Of a stretch of 57,833 bases of DNA, positions 45,580-55,390 are shown in pieces. A program made the position numbers and the translations under genes. The DNA is taken from positions 1 through 57,833 of the forward strand of contig JBDHJS010000020.1 of the NCBI GenBank assembly GCA_039586795.1, in the 5' to 3' direction. The first letter of the stretch is position 1; the number at the start of each line of letters is the position of its first letter. Under the pieces are notes generated by a model. That model saw only the letters and a program-made list of their open reading frames with translations, was not told the DNA's origin and did no database searches. This stretch comes from Gemmatimonadota bacterium. GTDB taxonomy: Bacteria > Gemmatimonadota > Gemmatimonadetes > Palauibacterales > KS3-K002.

Positions 45580-47337
45580 ATGAGGTGTAGGTGGGCGACG
45601 GCAACGCTGTTGGGGGCGAGCCTGCTCCTCGTTCCTTCATCGCTGGTGCGACCCGATGCGCTCGTCATCACGATGGCGATGAAGGCGTCGACGATCGCCC
45701 AGGTGTCCATCGAGGAGGATTCGATCCTCGTCGAGATGGAGATCGGCGCCAACGATCTGCAGGGCTTCGCGAATCTCTTTCCCGACGAGTTGTACGAGCG
45801 CTTGGGGAACCAGCCCGAGCCATTTGCGGAACGTTATCGACGGTTCTTCTTCGAGGACTTCACACTGAGGCCCGACGGCGGGCTGCCGCTGATCGGTCGC
45901 GTTGTCGGGTTCGAGGCGCGGCGCCGAGTGATACGGGATCAGATCACCGGTGAGCCGTTGCCCGTGGTCGATGATGAGGCCGAGCCCGTCATCTTCATCA
46001 CCATCGTCTATCCGTTGGCCGGCCATCCCGAGAGCCTTACCCTGAAACCACCGAGTAACGCCGGGGGGTCGCCCACGGCGAACATCGGGTTTGTCGCCTT
46101 CCACCGTTCGCTGCCCGTCAACGACTTCCGGTACCTGAGCCAGGCGGAGCGATTGCGCCTCGACTGGGATGACCCGTGGTACTCCCAGTTCGAGAACCGC
46201 AATCTGCGGCGCCAGTTCTACGCACCGATCTCGGCGTTCCTGTATGTCGAACCGTACGAAGTTCGGAAAGAGATTGTAGCCCGGCCCAAGGACCTTCAGC
46301 AGTGGGTCGATCTCGGCCTCGATGGTAAGGACATCATCACGGTGGACGACCAGGAGGAGATCAAGCGCAAGGTCGCCGATTTCCTCGCCGCGAAGAACCC
46401 ATTGACCATCGACGGTCGTCCGGTGGAGGGCACCCTCGATCGTATTCACTTCATATACAGGAATCTCCGGACCAGCGGCATCATCGATCCGGCCCGGGAC
46501 CTCGAGGCGGTCTCCGCCACGCTGGGGATCATCTTCAGCTATCCGGTGGAGGGACTGCCCGACGAAGTCAGCATGGAGTGGGAGCTGTTCACGCCACGCA
46601 TGGACCGCGTGCCCAGCTCGGCCACCGACGAGGCGGGCGGACTGCCGTACATCCTGTCGCCGGACGACAACGTGCTCACCTGGCGGAACTTTCTGCAGAA
46701 CCCGACGATCCCGGGGCGGCTGGTGGAGGTGGAGACGCCCGCGTCCAGTGGCAGTCGTCTATTGATGCTGGTTGCGATCGTTGGAATCGTGGGTTTCTGG
46801 CTGCTGTTGGTCAGGTACAGAAAGGCGCTGATTCGTGGCGAGCAGCCGACCAGACTTGTTGCGATCGGGGGCGCGTCCCTGGCGGCGATAGCTGGGGTCG
46901 GTCTGGTGCTGGCTGTTGGCTCCAAGAGCATCCGGGCCGATGACTCGGCACGGATATCGGAGGCGCTGCTGCAGAACATCTACAAGTCGTTCGACTTCCG
47001 CGACGAGGAGCAGATCTACGACATGCTGTCCCGCACCGCCGCCGGCGACCTGCTCACCGACATCTATCTGGAGACGCGACGCAGCCTGGAGTTGGAGAAC
47101 CAGGGTGGCGCCCGAGTGAAGGTGAAAGAAGTCGAGGTCTTGAGCTCGGACCCCTCGCCGCTGGATGATGGCGCCGGCTTCACCACGCTGCTCACCTGGA
47201 ACGTCTCGGGCTCGGTGGGACACTGGGGTCATATCCACACCCGCAGGAACCAGTACGAAGCGCGGCTCACCGTAAGGGAAATCGAAGGCGCGTGGAAGGT
47301 CACCGGCGTCCAGCTGCTGCAGGAAACGCGACTATAA
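45580..47337 (+). CDS. Membrane-anchored hypothetical protein associated with an ABC transporter
   Basis: Signal-like N-terminus, two TM helices near the C-terminus and a GSVGHWGHIH motif; 1 bp from the ABC ATPase. Confidence 0.75.
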   Translation: MRCRWATATLLGASLLLVPSSLVRPDALVITMAMKASTIAQVSIEEDSILVEMEIGANDLQGFANLFPDELYERLGNQPEPFAERYRRFFFEDFTLRPDGGLPLIGRVVGFEARRRVIRDQITGEPLPVVDDEAEPVIFITIVYPLAGHPESLTLKPPSNAGGSPTANIGFVAFHRSLPVNDFRYLSQAERLRLDWDDPWYSQFENRNLRRQFYAPISAFLYVEPYEVRKEIVARPKDLQQWVDLGLDGKDIITVDDQEEIKRKVADFLAAKNPLTIDGRPVEGTLDRIHFIYRNLRTSGIIDPARDLEAVSATLGIIFSYPVEGLPDEVSMEWELFTPRMDRVPSSATDEAGGLPYILSPDDNVLTWRNFLQNPTIPGRLVEVETPASSGSRLLMLVAIVGIVGFWLLLVRYRKALIRGEQPTRLVAIGGASLAAIAGVGLVLAVGSKSIRADDSARISEALLQNIYKSFDFRDEEQIYDMLSRTAAGDLLTDIYLETRRSLELENQGGARVKVKEVEVLSSDPSPLDDGAGFTTLLTWNVSGSVGHWGHIHTRRNQYEARLTVREIEGAWKVTGVQLLQETRL

Positions 47338-47338
47338 T

Positions 47339-48013
47339 ATGATCAGCGTCTCCGATCTCGAGTTCCGCTACGGGGAAGGGGAGTTCCGACTCCGGGTACC
47401 CGAGCTGAAGGTGGAACGGGGCGTCGTCGCCGCCTGCATCGGCCCCAGTGGTTCCGGTAAGACAACGCTGCTTAACCTGATCGCGGGCATCATCGTGCCG
47501 CAGGGTGGCCAGGTGGTCACCAACCAGGTCGACGTGGCAGCGCTCTCGGATGAACAGCGTCGCTCCTTCCGCATTACCAACATCGGACTCGTCTTTCAGG
47601 AGTTCGAGCTCCTCGACTACCTGAGCGTTCTCGACAACATCCTGTTGCCCTACAGGATCAACCCGGCCCTGAAGCTGGAGTCGGCGGTGAAGGATCGGGC
47701 TGTGGCGCTTGCCGAGCAGATGGGGATCGGCGACAAACTGGAGCGTCACCCGGGCAAGCTCTCCCAGGGCGAGCGGCAGCGGGTCGCCGTGTGTCGGGCC
47801 GTGCTGCCCGAACCGGCGCTGATGCTCACCGACGAGCCGACCGGGAATCTCGATCCGGCCAACAAGGGGCGCGTTCTCGACCTCATCCTCGACTACGCGA
47901 AGCAGAGCGGCGCCACGCTGCTCACCGTGACCCACGATCACGATCTGCTGGAGCGCTTCGAGCGCGTGATCGACATAAAGGAGTTCGGCGTCATCGGAGG
48001 TGACGAGCGATGA
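47339..48013 (+). CDS. ABC transporter ATP-binding protein (LolD/MacB-like)
   Basis: GPSGSGKT, LSQGERQR, DEPTGNLD and VTHD motifs. Confidence 0.95.
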   Translation: MISVSDLEFRYGEGEFRLRVPELKVERGVVAACIGPSGSGKTTLLNLIAGIIVPQGGQVVTNQVDVAALSDEQRRSFRITNIGLVFQEFELLDYLSVLDNILLPYRINPALKLESAVKDRAVALAEQMGIGDKLERHPGKLSQGERQRVAVCRAVLPEPALMLTDEPTGNLDPANKGRVLDLILDYAKQSGATLLTVTHDHDLLERFERVIDIKEFGVIGGDER

Positions 48014-49191
48014 AGCAGACGCTCTACCTCGCTTGGCGCTATCTGGCCTATCACAAAGTCAAGACAGCAATCCTCATCACGTCGATCACGCTCATCGTCT
48101 TCCTGCCGGTAGGGCTGCGCGTGTTGGTCGACCAGAGCTCGCAGCAACTGACCGCACGAGCCGTGGCCACCCCGCTGGTGGTCGGTGCCAAGGGTAGCCC
48201 GCTGGAACTCACCCTCAACACGCTCTACTTTCGCTCCGATTTCCCGGAGATGATGCGTCACGAGCAGGTAACCCGGATCGACACCACCGGTTTGGCGCTG
48301 GCGATCCCCATGTATGTGCGCTTCAACGCCCAAGGCCATCCGATCGTTGGGACCAGCCTGGAGTACTTCGATTACCGTAGCCTGGCCATAGCAGAAGGGC
48401 GCCAGATGGTGACGCTCGGCGAGTGTGTGCTTGGCGCGCGCGCGGCAGCAGCGCTGGGAGTGGGGCCGGGCGATTTTGTCATCTCCTCGCCGGAGAGTGT
48501 CTTCGATCTTGCTGGCGTCTATCCGCTGAGGATGAAAGTAGTCGGCGTGCTTGCCTACTCGGACAGCCCGGACGATGAGGCGGTCTTTGTCGATGTGAAG
48601 ACGACGTGGGTGATCGAAGGGCTGGGTCACGGGCACCAGGATCTGACGCAACCCGATGCGGCCACCTATCTGCTCAGCCGCGATTCGGCCAACGTCGTGG
48701 GAAACCCGGCCGTCGTGCAGTACAACGAGATCACCGAAGACAACGTCGACTCTTTCCACTTCCACGGCGATATATCACAGTTCCCGGTCACCGCGGTCAT
48801 CGCGCTATCCCCCGACCAGCGCGCCTCGGCACTGCTCCAGGGGCGCTACCAGTCGCCGGACGAGACCGTGCAGGTCGTCCGACCGGCCGAGGTGATGGAC
48901 GAATTGCTGGGTACTATCCTGACGATACAGAGCTTCATCACTGCGGGAGCTGTGATCGTGGGGTTGGCAACGCTAGCGACAGCGGTGCTCGTCTTCATGC
49001 TCTCGCTGCGGTTGCGGCGCCGCGAGATTGAGACGTTGAGAAAGATCGGCGGATCGCGGGCCAGCGTGGCGACGATCATGGTCTCAGAGATCGTCGTTGT
49101 ATTGATCGTCGGTGTCGTGCTGGCGGGGGGACTGACGTTCCTGACCAGCCACTTCGGTTCCGCCGCGATTCGTGTCTTCATCACCATGTAA
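48010..49191 (+). CDS. ABC transporter permease (FtsX/MacB-like)
   Basis: One N-terminal TM, large periplasmic loop, C-terminal TMs with R..EI.TL..IG; ATGA overlap with the ATPase. Confidence 0.88.
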   Translation: MKQTLYLAWRYLAYHKVKTAILITSITLIVFLPVGLRVLVDQSSQQLTARAVATPLVVGAKGSPLELTLNTLYFRSDFPEMMRHEQVTRIDTTGLALAIPMYVRFNAQGHPIVGTSLEYFDYRSLAIAEGRQMVTLGECVLGARAAAALGVGPGDFVISSPESVFDLAGVYPLRMKVVGVLAYSDSPDDEAVFVDVKTTWVIEGLGHGHQDLTQPDAATYLLSRDSANVVGNPAVVQYNEITEDNVDSFHFHGDISQFPVTAVIALSPDQRASALLQGRYQSPDETVQVVRPAEVMDELLGTILTIQSFITAGAVIVGLATLATAVLVFMLSLRLRRREIETLRKIGGSRASVATIMVSEIVVVLIVGVVLAGGLTFLTSHFGSAAIRVFITM

Positions 49192-49203
49192 CGGGGAAGA
49201 CCT

Positions 49204-50028
49204 ATGCGCTCACTGCTGACCGCCACTGTTGTCGCGATCGCTCTGCTGCCCGCCCCGCTGTTCGCGCAGCAGGAGCCGACGGGGCAGGGCAGGCTGCGAG
49301 AAGATCTCACCGGTAAGCACGGCCCGTATCGCGTCGACATGTGGTACACCGAGAACGCGTTCATCATGAACAAGGTTCGCGGCGAGTCGTTCTACTTTCG
49401 CACGAAGAACGCCGGCGACGCGTGGTTGATGTCGTTGCAGGGCGAGTGGGCTTTCGCGCGCAATTTTTCCGTGTGGGGGCTTGTCAGCTATAACGTGGTC
49501 AGCCCGACCTTCGGAGAAGGAAAGACCGGGATCGGCGACTCGGAGCTGGCCGTGAAGTGGGCCACGATCAACAAGCGAACCCTTGTGCTCTCGCTGGTCG
49601 GAGGCACGCTCATCCCCACATCGGATCAACGGACCGTTCTGGCCGACAACGTTTGGTACGGCTATATCGGCCCGCGGCTATGGCTGCCCTTCGGGCCCGG
49701 CCACGAGTTCGAGCTTCAGGTCGATGCGCCCTTGTTCGCTCCTTTCGAAGAAGAAGAAGAGGCGTTTGGCGAGCTCAACGTCGCGCTCGCCTGGACGAGT
49801 GACATCGCGCTCACCCTGCTGGTCGAGGGAATCTTCGAGTTCTCGCTGGAGGGCAGCCGCCCGAATTCGTGGGTCGCACCCGGAGTTCAGTACCAGTTTC
49901 TCCGCGGCTGGATGGCCGGCGCCTCGATTACGTTCCCGATCAACGGTGAGTTCGCCGAAGAGGAGGACTACCGGCTGGTGTTCGGTTTGCTGAAGGAATT
50001 CGAGCTCCCTTGGGAAAGGGAGGAGTAG
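49204..50028 (+). CDS. Outer-membrane beta-barrel/transporter-like protein
   Basis: Signal peptide; G.GD.EL..K, PT and APG.QY motifs; alternating beta-strand pattern. Confidence 0.7.
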   Translation: MRSLLTATVVAIALLPAPLFAQQEPTGQGRLREDLTGKHGPYRVDMWYTENAFIMNKVRGESFYFRTKNAGDAWLMSLQGEWAFARNFSVWGLVSYNVVSPTFGEGKTGIGDSELAVKWATINKRTLVLSLVGGTLIPTSDQRTVLADNVWYGYIGPRLWLPFGPGHEFELQVDAPLFAPFEEEEEAFGELNVALAWTSDIALTLLVEGIFEFSLEGSRPNSWVAPGVQYQFLRGWMAGASITFPINGEFAEEEDYRLVFGLLKEFELPWEREE

Positions 50029-50960
50029 TGATCGAGATTCTCGGACTTCGTTCTCGCGCCCCCATCGCCCTGGCGCTGGCTGCCGTCCTCGCTGCGGTAT
50101 CGCCGGAGCCCGCACGCGGCCAGGAGATGCCTTCGCTTGACCCTGACCAGCTCGTGCACTACCCCTGGATCTACTCCAGTTCGGACGATGCCATCGACTT
50201 CGCCGGTGTGGGCCTGGGCGCGCAGAGCACAAACTTTCTCAGCATCCCCATCTCGTTCTGGATGCGCCGCCTACCTTGCTGCGGCAACCCTATCACTCCC
50301 AAGATCGAGGGCCGCACGTTCGGAGTGCGCTTGCGGATCACCGGTGTGATCGGGTTCGCCGAGTTCGACAGCATCGCGGAGTTCGACGTCAAGAGCGTTG
50401 ACCTGGGAGCGATATTCCCGGGTATCGAGCTCTTGTTCAAGACCGGTGAGCGGTCGATGCTGCGGCCTTACATCGATGTGGGTTGGGGCGCCACCAGTGC
50501 GGACACGACCACCCTCGTGTACGGCGAGATGGGACTGCGGACCGAGTTCGTCTTTCCGTGGAAGACCTGGGAGCTCGGGATCGAACCGAAGGTCAGCGGT
50601 GGCTACTCCTTCACCGACATCGAGAACGCCGACCTCGCCCACGTCAAGGTTTCCAGCAAGGTAGACGCGCGGTATCCGCTCGGATTCCTGATCCGAGGGC
50701 AGACCCCGGACGTCGGCGTCTATTTCGAGCCCATCTGGTACCCAAACTCGTTCACGTTTCCGACCTCCGGTGGCGAGGAGCAGGCGGTGCACGTTCAGTA
50801 CGAGCTCGGCGTCACGTTCGGCTTCCGCTACCTGGCCCCGATGCTCTGCAATCTATTCCGTTGGATGAGGCTCGGGGTCGGCTGGCGCTTCGGCGACGGG
50901 ACGGACGGGTGGCACATCCGGATCGGGGGCGACCGCGCCACCCGGCTTCCGCTGCCATGA
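50028..50960 (+). CDS. Secreted or outer-membrane hypothetical protein
   Basis: GTG overlapping the upstream TAG with a GGAGGAG RBS; signal peptide; aromatic-rich beta-strand pattern. Confidence 0.7.
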   Translation: MIEILGLRSRAPIALALAAVLAAVSPEPARGQEMPSLDPDQLVHYPWIYSSSDDAIDFAGVGLGAQSTNFLSIPISFWMRRLPCCGNPITPKIEGRTFGVRLRITGVIGFAEFDSIAEFDVKSVDLGAIFPGIELLFKTGERSMLRPYIDVGWGATSADTTTLVYGEMGLRTEFVFPWKTWELGIEPKVSGGYSFTDIENADLAHVKVSSKVDARYPLGFLIRGQTPDVGVYFEPIWYPNSFTFPTSGGEEQAVHVQYELGVTFGFRYLAPMLCNLFRWMRLGVGWRFGDGTDGWHIRIGGDRATRLPLP

Positions 50961-50995
50961 TCATGGGTGGCCTTGTGACCGAAGGGATACGCGAC

Positions 50996-51667
50996 ATGCG
51001 ATACCTGATGCCCCTCCTCACAGCGTTGTGCCTTGTTGGTCTGGTTCCGGCCGGCGCCCGGGGACAGGGCCCCACGTGGGGGCTCAAAGGCGGGTTCAAC
51101 GTCTCGACTCTGAGGGTCGACGACCCGGCCAACCCGGACCTCGCGCTCGACGACCAGACGGGTTTCCTGGCGGGCGCCTTCATGCAGTGTTCGGGCGGCG
51201 ACTGGTTCTCGCTGCAGGCGGAGGCCATCTACTCGCGGAACGGGGCGAAGGTGCAGGGCGCGGACCTGGTGACCCAGATCAGCATCGACTACCTCCGCGT
51301 CCCGGTGTACGTCATGGCGCGATTCTCATTCCGGGACAGCCCCCTGTACCCGGTAGTGTTCGCCGGTCCGCAGCTGGCGTTCGAGGCCCGCTGCAAGGTG
51401 ACCACGGAAGAGGGCGGGGTATCGGAGAGCTTCGATTGCGACAGTGAGCAGCTCGATGATCCCCTCGACACCAACAATGTCGAGTTCGGGTTCGTGTTCG
51501 GCGGCGGCTTCGAGTACCTGTTGAACCGTTGGATTTTGCAGCTCGACGCCCGCTACAACCTGGGACTCACGAACGTGAACGGCGGGTCGGACGCCAGCGT
51601 GGTCAGCGTGGAAAACCGGGGTTGGTCGTTTACGTTCGGGCTGGGCTTGTCGTTCGGACGACCTTAG
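50996..51667 (+). CDS. Outer-membrane beta-barrel protein (PorT-like), third paralog
   Basis: GLKGGFN.S, LQAE..YS..G, DYL.VP, GPQ and DARYNLGLT motifs. Confidence 0.85.
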   Translation: MRYLMPLLTALCLVGLVPAGARGQGPTWGLKGGFNVSTLRVDDPANPDLALDDQTGFLAGAFMQCSGGDWFSLQAEAIYSRNGAKVQGADLVTQISIDYLRVPVYVMARFSFRDSPLYPVVFAGPQLAFEARCKVTTEEGGVSESFDCDSEQLDDPLDTNNVEFGFVFGGGFEYLLNRWILQLDARYNLGLTNVNGGSDASVVSVENRGWSFTFGLGLSFGRP

Positions 51668-51701
51668 TGACGCCGGTTCGGTTGCCTTCGCGTCCGCAAA
51701 C

Positions 51702-54700
51702 TCATCTCTCCAGGATCCGCGCACGCTCTTCGGGCGTCAGCGTAATCGGCAGCCGAGACTCGGCCAGTTCGCGCACTTCGCCGAAGTCTACCGGCCAGAG
51801 TCGAGCCGTGCCGTCTCGGCTGGCCGTAACGACTCTTCTGCCATCCGGACTGAACACCGCGTGGTAGACGAAGTCACTGTGACCCGTCAGAACGGCCAGC
51901 GGTTCCCCCGTCTCCACCGACCAGAGCCGTGCCGTGTTGTCCCAGCTGGCCGTCACCACCCGCTCACCGTCCGGGCTGAATGACACGCGATCGATCTGGC
52001 CCTCGTGCCCACGCATGACGGCGAGTTGTTGCCCAGAGTCCACCGACCACAGCCGCACGGTATTGTCACGGCTCGCCGTAACCACCCGGTCACCAGTCGG
52101 ACTGAACGCCGCGTCCTGAATCAAATCTTCATGGCCGCGCAGCACGGCGATGGGCTCTCCCGTGGCCGCCGACCAGAGTCGTGCCGTGCCGTCATCGCTC
52201 GCCGTTAGCACTTGCTTGCCGTCCGGGCTGAACGCCGCGACGTTGACCAGGTCGCTGTGGCCAGTCAACACGGCCAGCGCCTCACCCGTCTCCACCGACC
52301 AGAGCCGTGCCGTGTTGTCCCAGCCGGCCGTGAGCACCCGCTCGCCGTCCGGGCTGAAGATCGCATGGATGACCAGGTCTTGGTGCCCGCGGAGCACGGC
52401 GAGCTCCTCTCCGGTCGACACCGCCCAAATCCGCGCCGTGCTGTCCTGGCTTGCCGTCACCACTACCTCTCCGCCCGGGCTGAACGCGGCCTTATCCACC
52501 CAGCTCTCATGCTGAAGTAACGCGAGCTCTTCACCCGTGGCCACCGACCAGAGCCGAGCTGTGCTGTCTCTGCTGGTCGTCACCAGCCGCTCGCCGTCTG
52601 GGCTGAACGCGGCGTGCACGACGGCGTTCCGGTGTCCGCGCAGCACAGCAAGCTCCTCATTCGTGGCCACCGACCAGATCCGCGCCGTTCTGTCAAAGCC
52701 TGCCGATACCACCCGCTCACCGTCGGGGCTGAACTCCGCGTGTTGGACCCAATTCCCGTGGCCCCGTAGAAGTCCGGTTATCTCAGCCACGTCCTTCACC
52801 GACCAGAGCCGCGCCGTGTAATCAAGGCTCGCTGTCGCCACGAGCTGGCCGTCCGGGCTGAACTCAGCATGCTGGATCATGGAGGCGTGGCCGTTTAGCA
52901 CGGCGAGCGCCGCGCCTGTCGCCACCGACCAGATCCGCGCCGTGTTGTCACGGCTCGTCGTCACCACCCGGTCACCGTCCGGGCTGAAGGCTGCGATGTT
53001 GACCAGGTCCGTGTGGCCTCTCAGCACGGCGAGCTCGGCGCCCGTCGAAGCTGACCACAGCCGCGCCGTGCTGTCCTGGCTGGCCGTCAGCACTTGTTCG
53101 CCGTCCGGGCTGAACGCCGCGTCCAAGACCCAGCCGCCGTGGCCGCGCAGCACGCCGAGCTCGGCACCCGTGACCACCGTCCAGAGACGCGCTGTGTTGT
53201 CCCAGCCTGCCGTCACCACGCGTTCGCCGTCCGGACTGAATGCCGCGCTATACACTAGCGCCTCGTGCCCGCGCAACACGGCCAGCTCTTCGCCAGTGGC
53301 CACCGACCAGAGCCGTCCTGTGCCGTCAGAGCTCGCTGTCACCACCCGTTGGCCGTCGGGGCTGAACACCGCCAGGCCAACAGTGTGCTCGTGCCCGCGC
53401 AGGACGGCGAGCTCAGCCCCGGTAGATGTGGACCAGAGCCGTGCCGTGCTGTCGCCGCTGGCCGTCACCACCCGTTCGCCGTCCGGGCTGAACGCAGCAG
53501 ATACCAGCTGCCTTGTGTGGCCGCTCAGCACAGCGAGCGCCTCGCCTGTCGCCACCGACCAGATCCGCGCCGTGTTGTCGTCCCAGCCTGCCGTCACCAC
53601 CCGCCGGCCGTCCGGGCTGAAGACACCGTTCCTGACCATGCCCTGGTGCCCGCGCAGGACGGCGAGTTCCTCCCCGGTCGCCACCGACCACAGCCGCGCC
53701 GTGCTGTCGCCGCTCACCGTCAGCACTTGTTCGCCGTCCGGGCTGAACTCCACACGGTTCACCATGTCGCTATGGCCGCGCAGCACCGCCATAGAGTGGG
53801 GAACGGCAACCGCACGACGCAGAGCGTTCCTGGCCTCGAACGTCTCCGCCCGTTCTGTGGCTTCCATGGCGTACACCAGTGCCGCCTCGGGACGCCGTTG
53901 GAGCAGCTGAGTCGCCCGCATAGCCAATTCTCGGGATTCCGCGACCCGCGCCCTGCGGGTGGCGGTCACGAACCCGATCGAAGTCGAGACGGTTCCGGCA
54001 ACCAGCGCGAGCGCGACCGCGATTCCTGCTGCCACCGCCACCTTGTTCCGCTTGACGAATTTCCGTATCCGGTAGCCGGCGGTTGGCGGCCGCGCCACGA
54101 CCGGCTCTTCGTTTAGATAGTGCTTGATGTCCGTAGCGAGGTCGTTCGCTGTCTCGTAGCGCCGCCCGCGCTTCTTCTCCATCGCCTTCACGATGATCCA
54201 GTCGAGGTCGCCACGCAGTCGATTGAACAGCGTGAATTGGTCCGTCCGCCGGTGGTCCGCAATCTCCCTCCGCACATCTCCGTCCAGGCTGTTGTAGCGG
54301 ATACTGGGGCGAGGAGGATCTGTCTCCAGCAGCGTGTAGAGGCCCGCCAGCCCATCCAGTTTTGTCACGTCGAACGGCGGCTCGCCGCTGAGCAGTTCGT
54401 AGAGGATGACACCGAGGGAGTAGACGTCCGCGCGCGTATCGATGTCCATTCCGGATCCCATCGCCTGCTCGGGGCTCATGTAGAGCGGCGTGCCCACCAT
54501 GAAGCCCGTCTGCGTCTGGAATGTCTGTTCGCTCAGGCGCCGGTCGATCGCCTTGGCGATCCCAAAGTCGATGATCTTGGGCTCGGGCTTGTCCTCTCCG
54601 CCCACCATGACGTTCGACGGCTTGAGGTCCCGGTGGATCACTCCTTTCTGATGGGCATGCTGCACCGCCTGACAGACTTCGATGAAGAGCTCCAGCCGCT

Positions 54701-55070
54701 CGCGGATCGTCAACTCCAGGGCATCGCAGTAGTCGGTGACGGGGAGGCCGCGCACCAGCTCCATGACGAAATAGGGGCGGCCTTCCTCGGTGACGCCGCC
54801 GTCGAAGACGCGGGCGATGTTGGGGTGGTCCATGACGGCGAGGGCCTGGCGCTCGGCATTGAAGCGTGAGATGACCTCGCGGCTGTCCATGCCGGGCTTG
54901 ATGACCTTGAGGGCGACCTGGCGTTTGACGGTCTCGGTCTGCTCGGCGAGGTAGACGACTCCGAAGCCGCCTTCGCCCAGCGTCCGCAGGATCTTGAACT
55001 CGCCGATCCGGTCCGGATGCGGACCGGCGGGGTCCGGGGTCTCGGTAGTGTCGTTAGGGGGATGTGGCAT
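51702..55070 (-). CDS. Hanks-type Ser/Thr kinase with a TM segment and 16 WD40 repeats
   Basis: LGEGGFG, VALK, HRDLKPSN, DFG and GTPLYMSPE; 16 GH...FSPDG...TARLW repeats. Confidence 0.96.
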   Translation of the reverse strand: MPHPPNDTTETPDPAGPHPDRIGEFKILRTLGEGGFGVVYLAEQTETVKRQVALKVIKPGMDSREVISRFNAERQALAVMDHPNIARVFDGGVTEEGRPYFVMELVRGLPVTDYCDALELTIRERLELFIEVCQAVQHAHQKGVIHRDLKPSNVMVGGEDKPEPKIIDFGIAKAIDRRLSEQTFQTQTGFMVGTPLYMSPEQAMGSGMDIDTRADVYSLGVILYELLSGEPPFDVTKLDGLAGLYTLLETDPPRPSIRYNSLDGDVRREIADHRRTDQFTLFNRLRGDLDWIIVKAMEKKRGRRYETANDLATDIKHYLNEEPVVARPPTAGYRIRKFVKRNKVAVAAGIAVALALVAGTVSTSIGFVTATRRARVAESRELAMRATQLLQRRPEAALVYAMEATERAETFEARNALRRAVAVPHSMAVLRGHSDMVNRVEFSPDGEQVLTVSGDSTARLWSVATGEELAVLRGHQGMVRNGVFSPDGRRVVTAGWDDNTARIWSVATGEALAVLSGHTRQLVSAAFSPDGERVVTASGDSTARLWSTSTGAELAVLRGHEHTVGLAVFSPDGQRVVTASSDGTGRLWSVATGEELAVLRGHEALVYSAAFSPDGERVVTAGWDNTARLWTVVTGAELGVLRGHGGWVLDAAFSPDGEQVLTASQDSTARLWSASTGAELAVLRGHTDLVNIAAFSPDGDRVVTTSRDNTARIWSVATGAALAVLNGHASMIQHAEFSPDGQLVATASLDYTARLWSVKDVAEITGLLRGHGNWVQHAEFSPDGERVVSAGFDRTARIWSVATNEELAVLRGHRNAVVHAAFSPDGERLVTTSRDSTARLWSVATGEELALLQHESWVDKAAFSPGGEVVVTASQDSTARIWAVSTGEELAVLRGHQDLVIHAIFSPDGERVLTAGWDNTARLWSVETGEALAVLTGHSDLVNVAAFSPDGKQVLTASDDGTARLWSAATGEPIAVLRGHEDLIQDAAFSPTGDRVVTASRDNTVRLWSVDSGQQLAVMRGHEGQIDRVSFSPDGERVVTASWDNTARLWSVETGEPLAVLTGHSDFVYHAVFSPDGRRVVTASRDGTARLWPVDFGEVRELAESRLPITLTPEERARILER

Positions 55071-55390
55071 GTCTGGCGTACGGTTTGAGGTTGGGGCCGA
55101 ACGGCCAATGTAACTGTGCTCGCGCGCGTGAGACAGAACGAGTCCACCCGCTTTCCAAGGTTGGCAGGATTAGGCCAGAAATCAGCGGCTCCCAAACATA
55201 TGGTTGGTGATCATCCCTCTTACCCGCGATGCGTCGTCAGGAAGATCACCGCGGCCACCGTTGGTGCTGATGACAATCACAGAACAGGAACAAGAGAAGC
55301 GGCTACAAGAAGCGTAATAGACCAAAGGTCTGAGAAACTGGTGTCGGTACGACACTATGCTCTTACACCAAGCACTTGGAACGGCAGACC

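Noticed and set aside
51800..53800. 126-bp DNA repeats as a CRISPR array or DGR template
   Set aside because: They are fully explained by in-frame WD40 coding repeats, and no reverse transcriptase is present.
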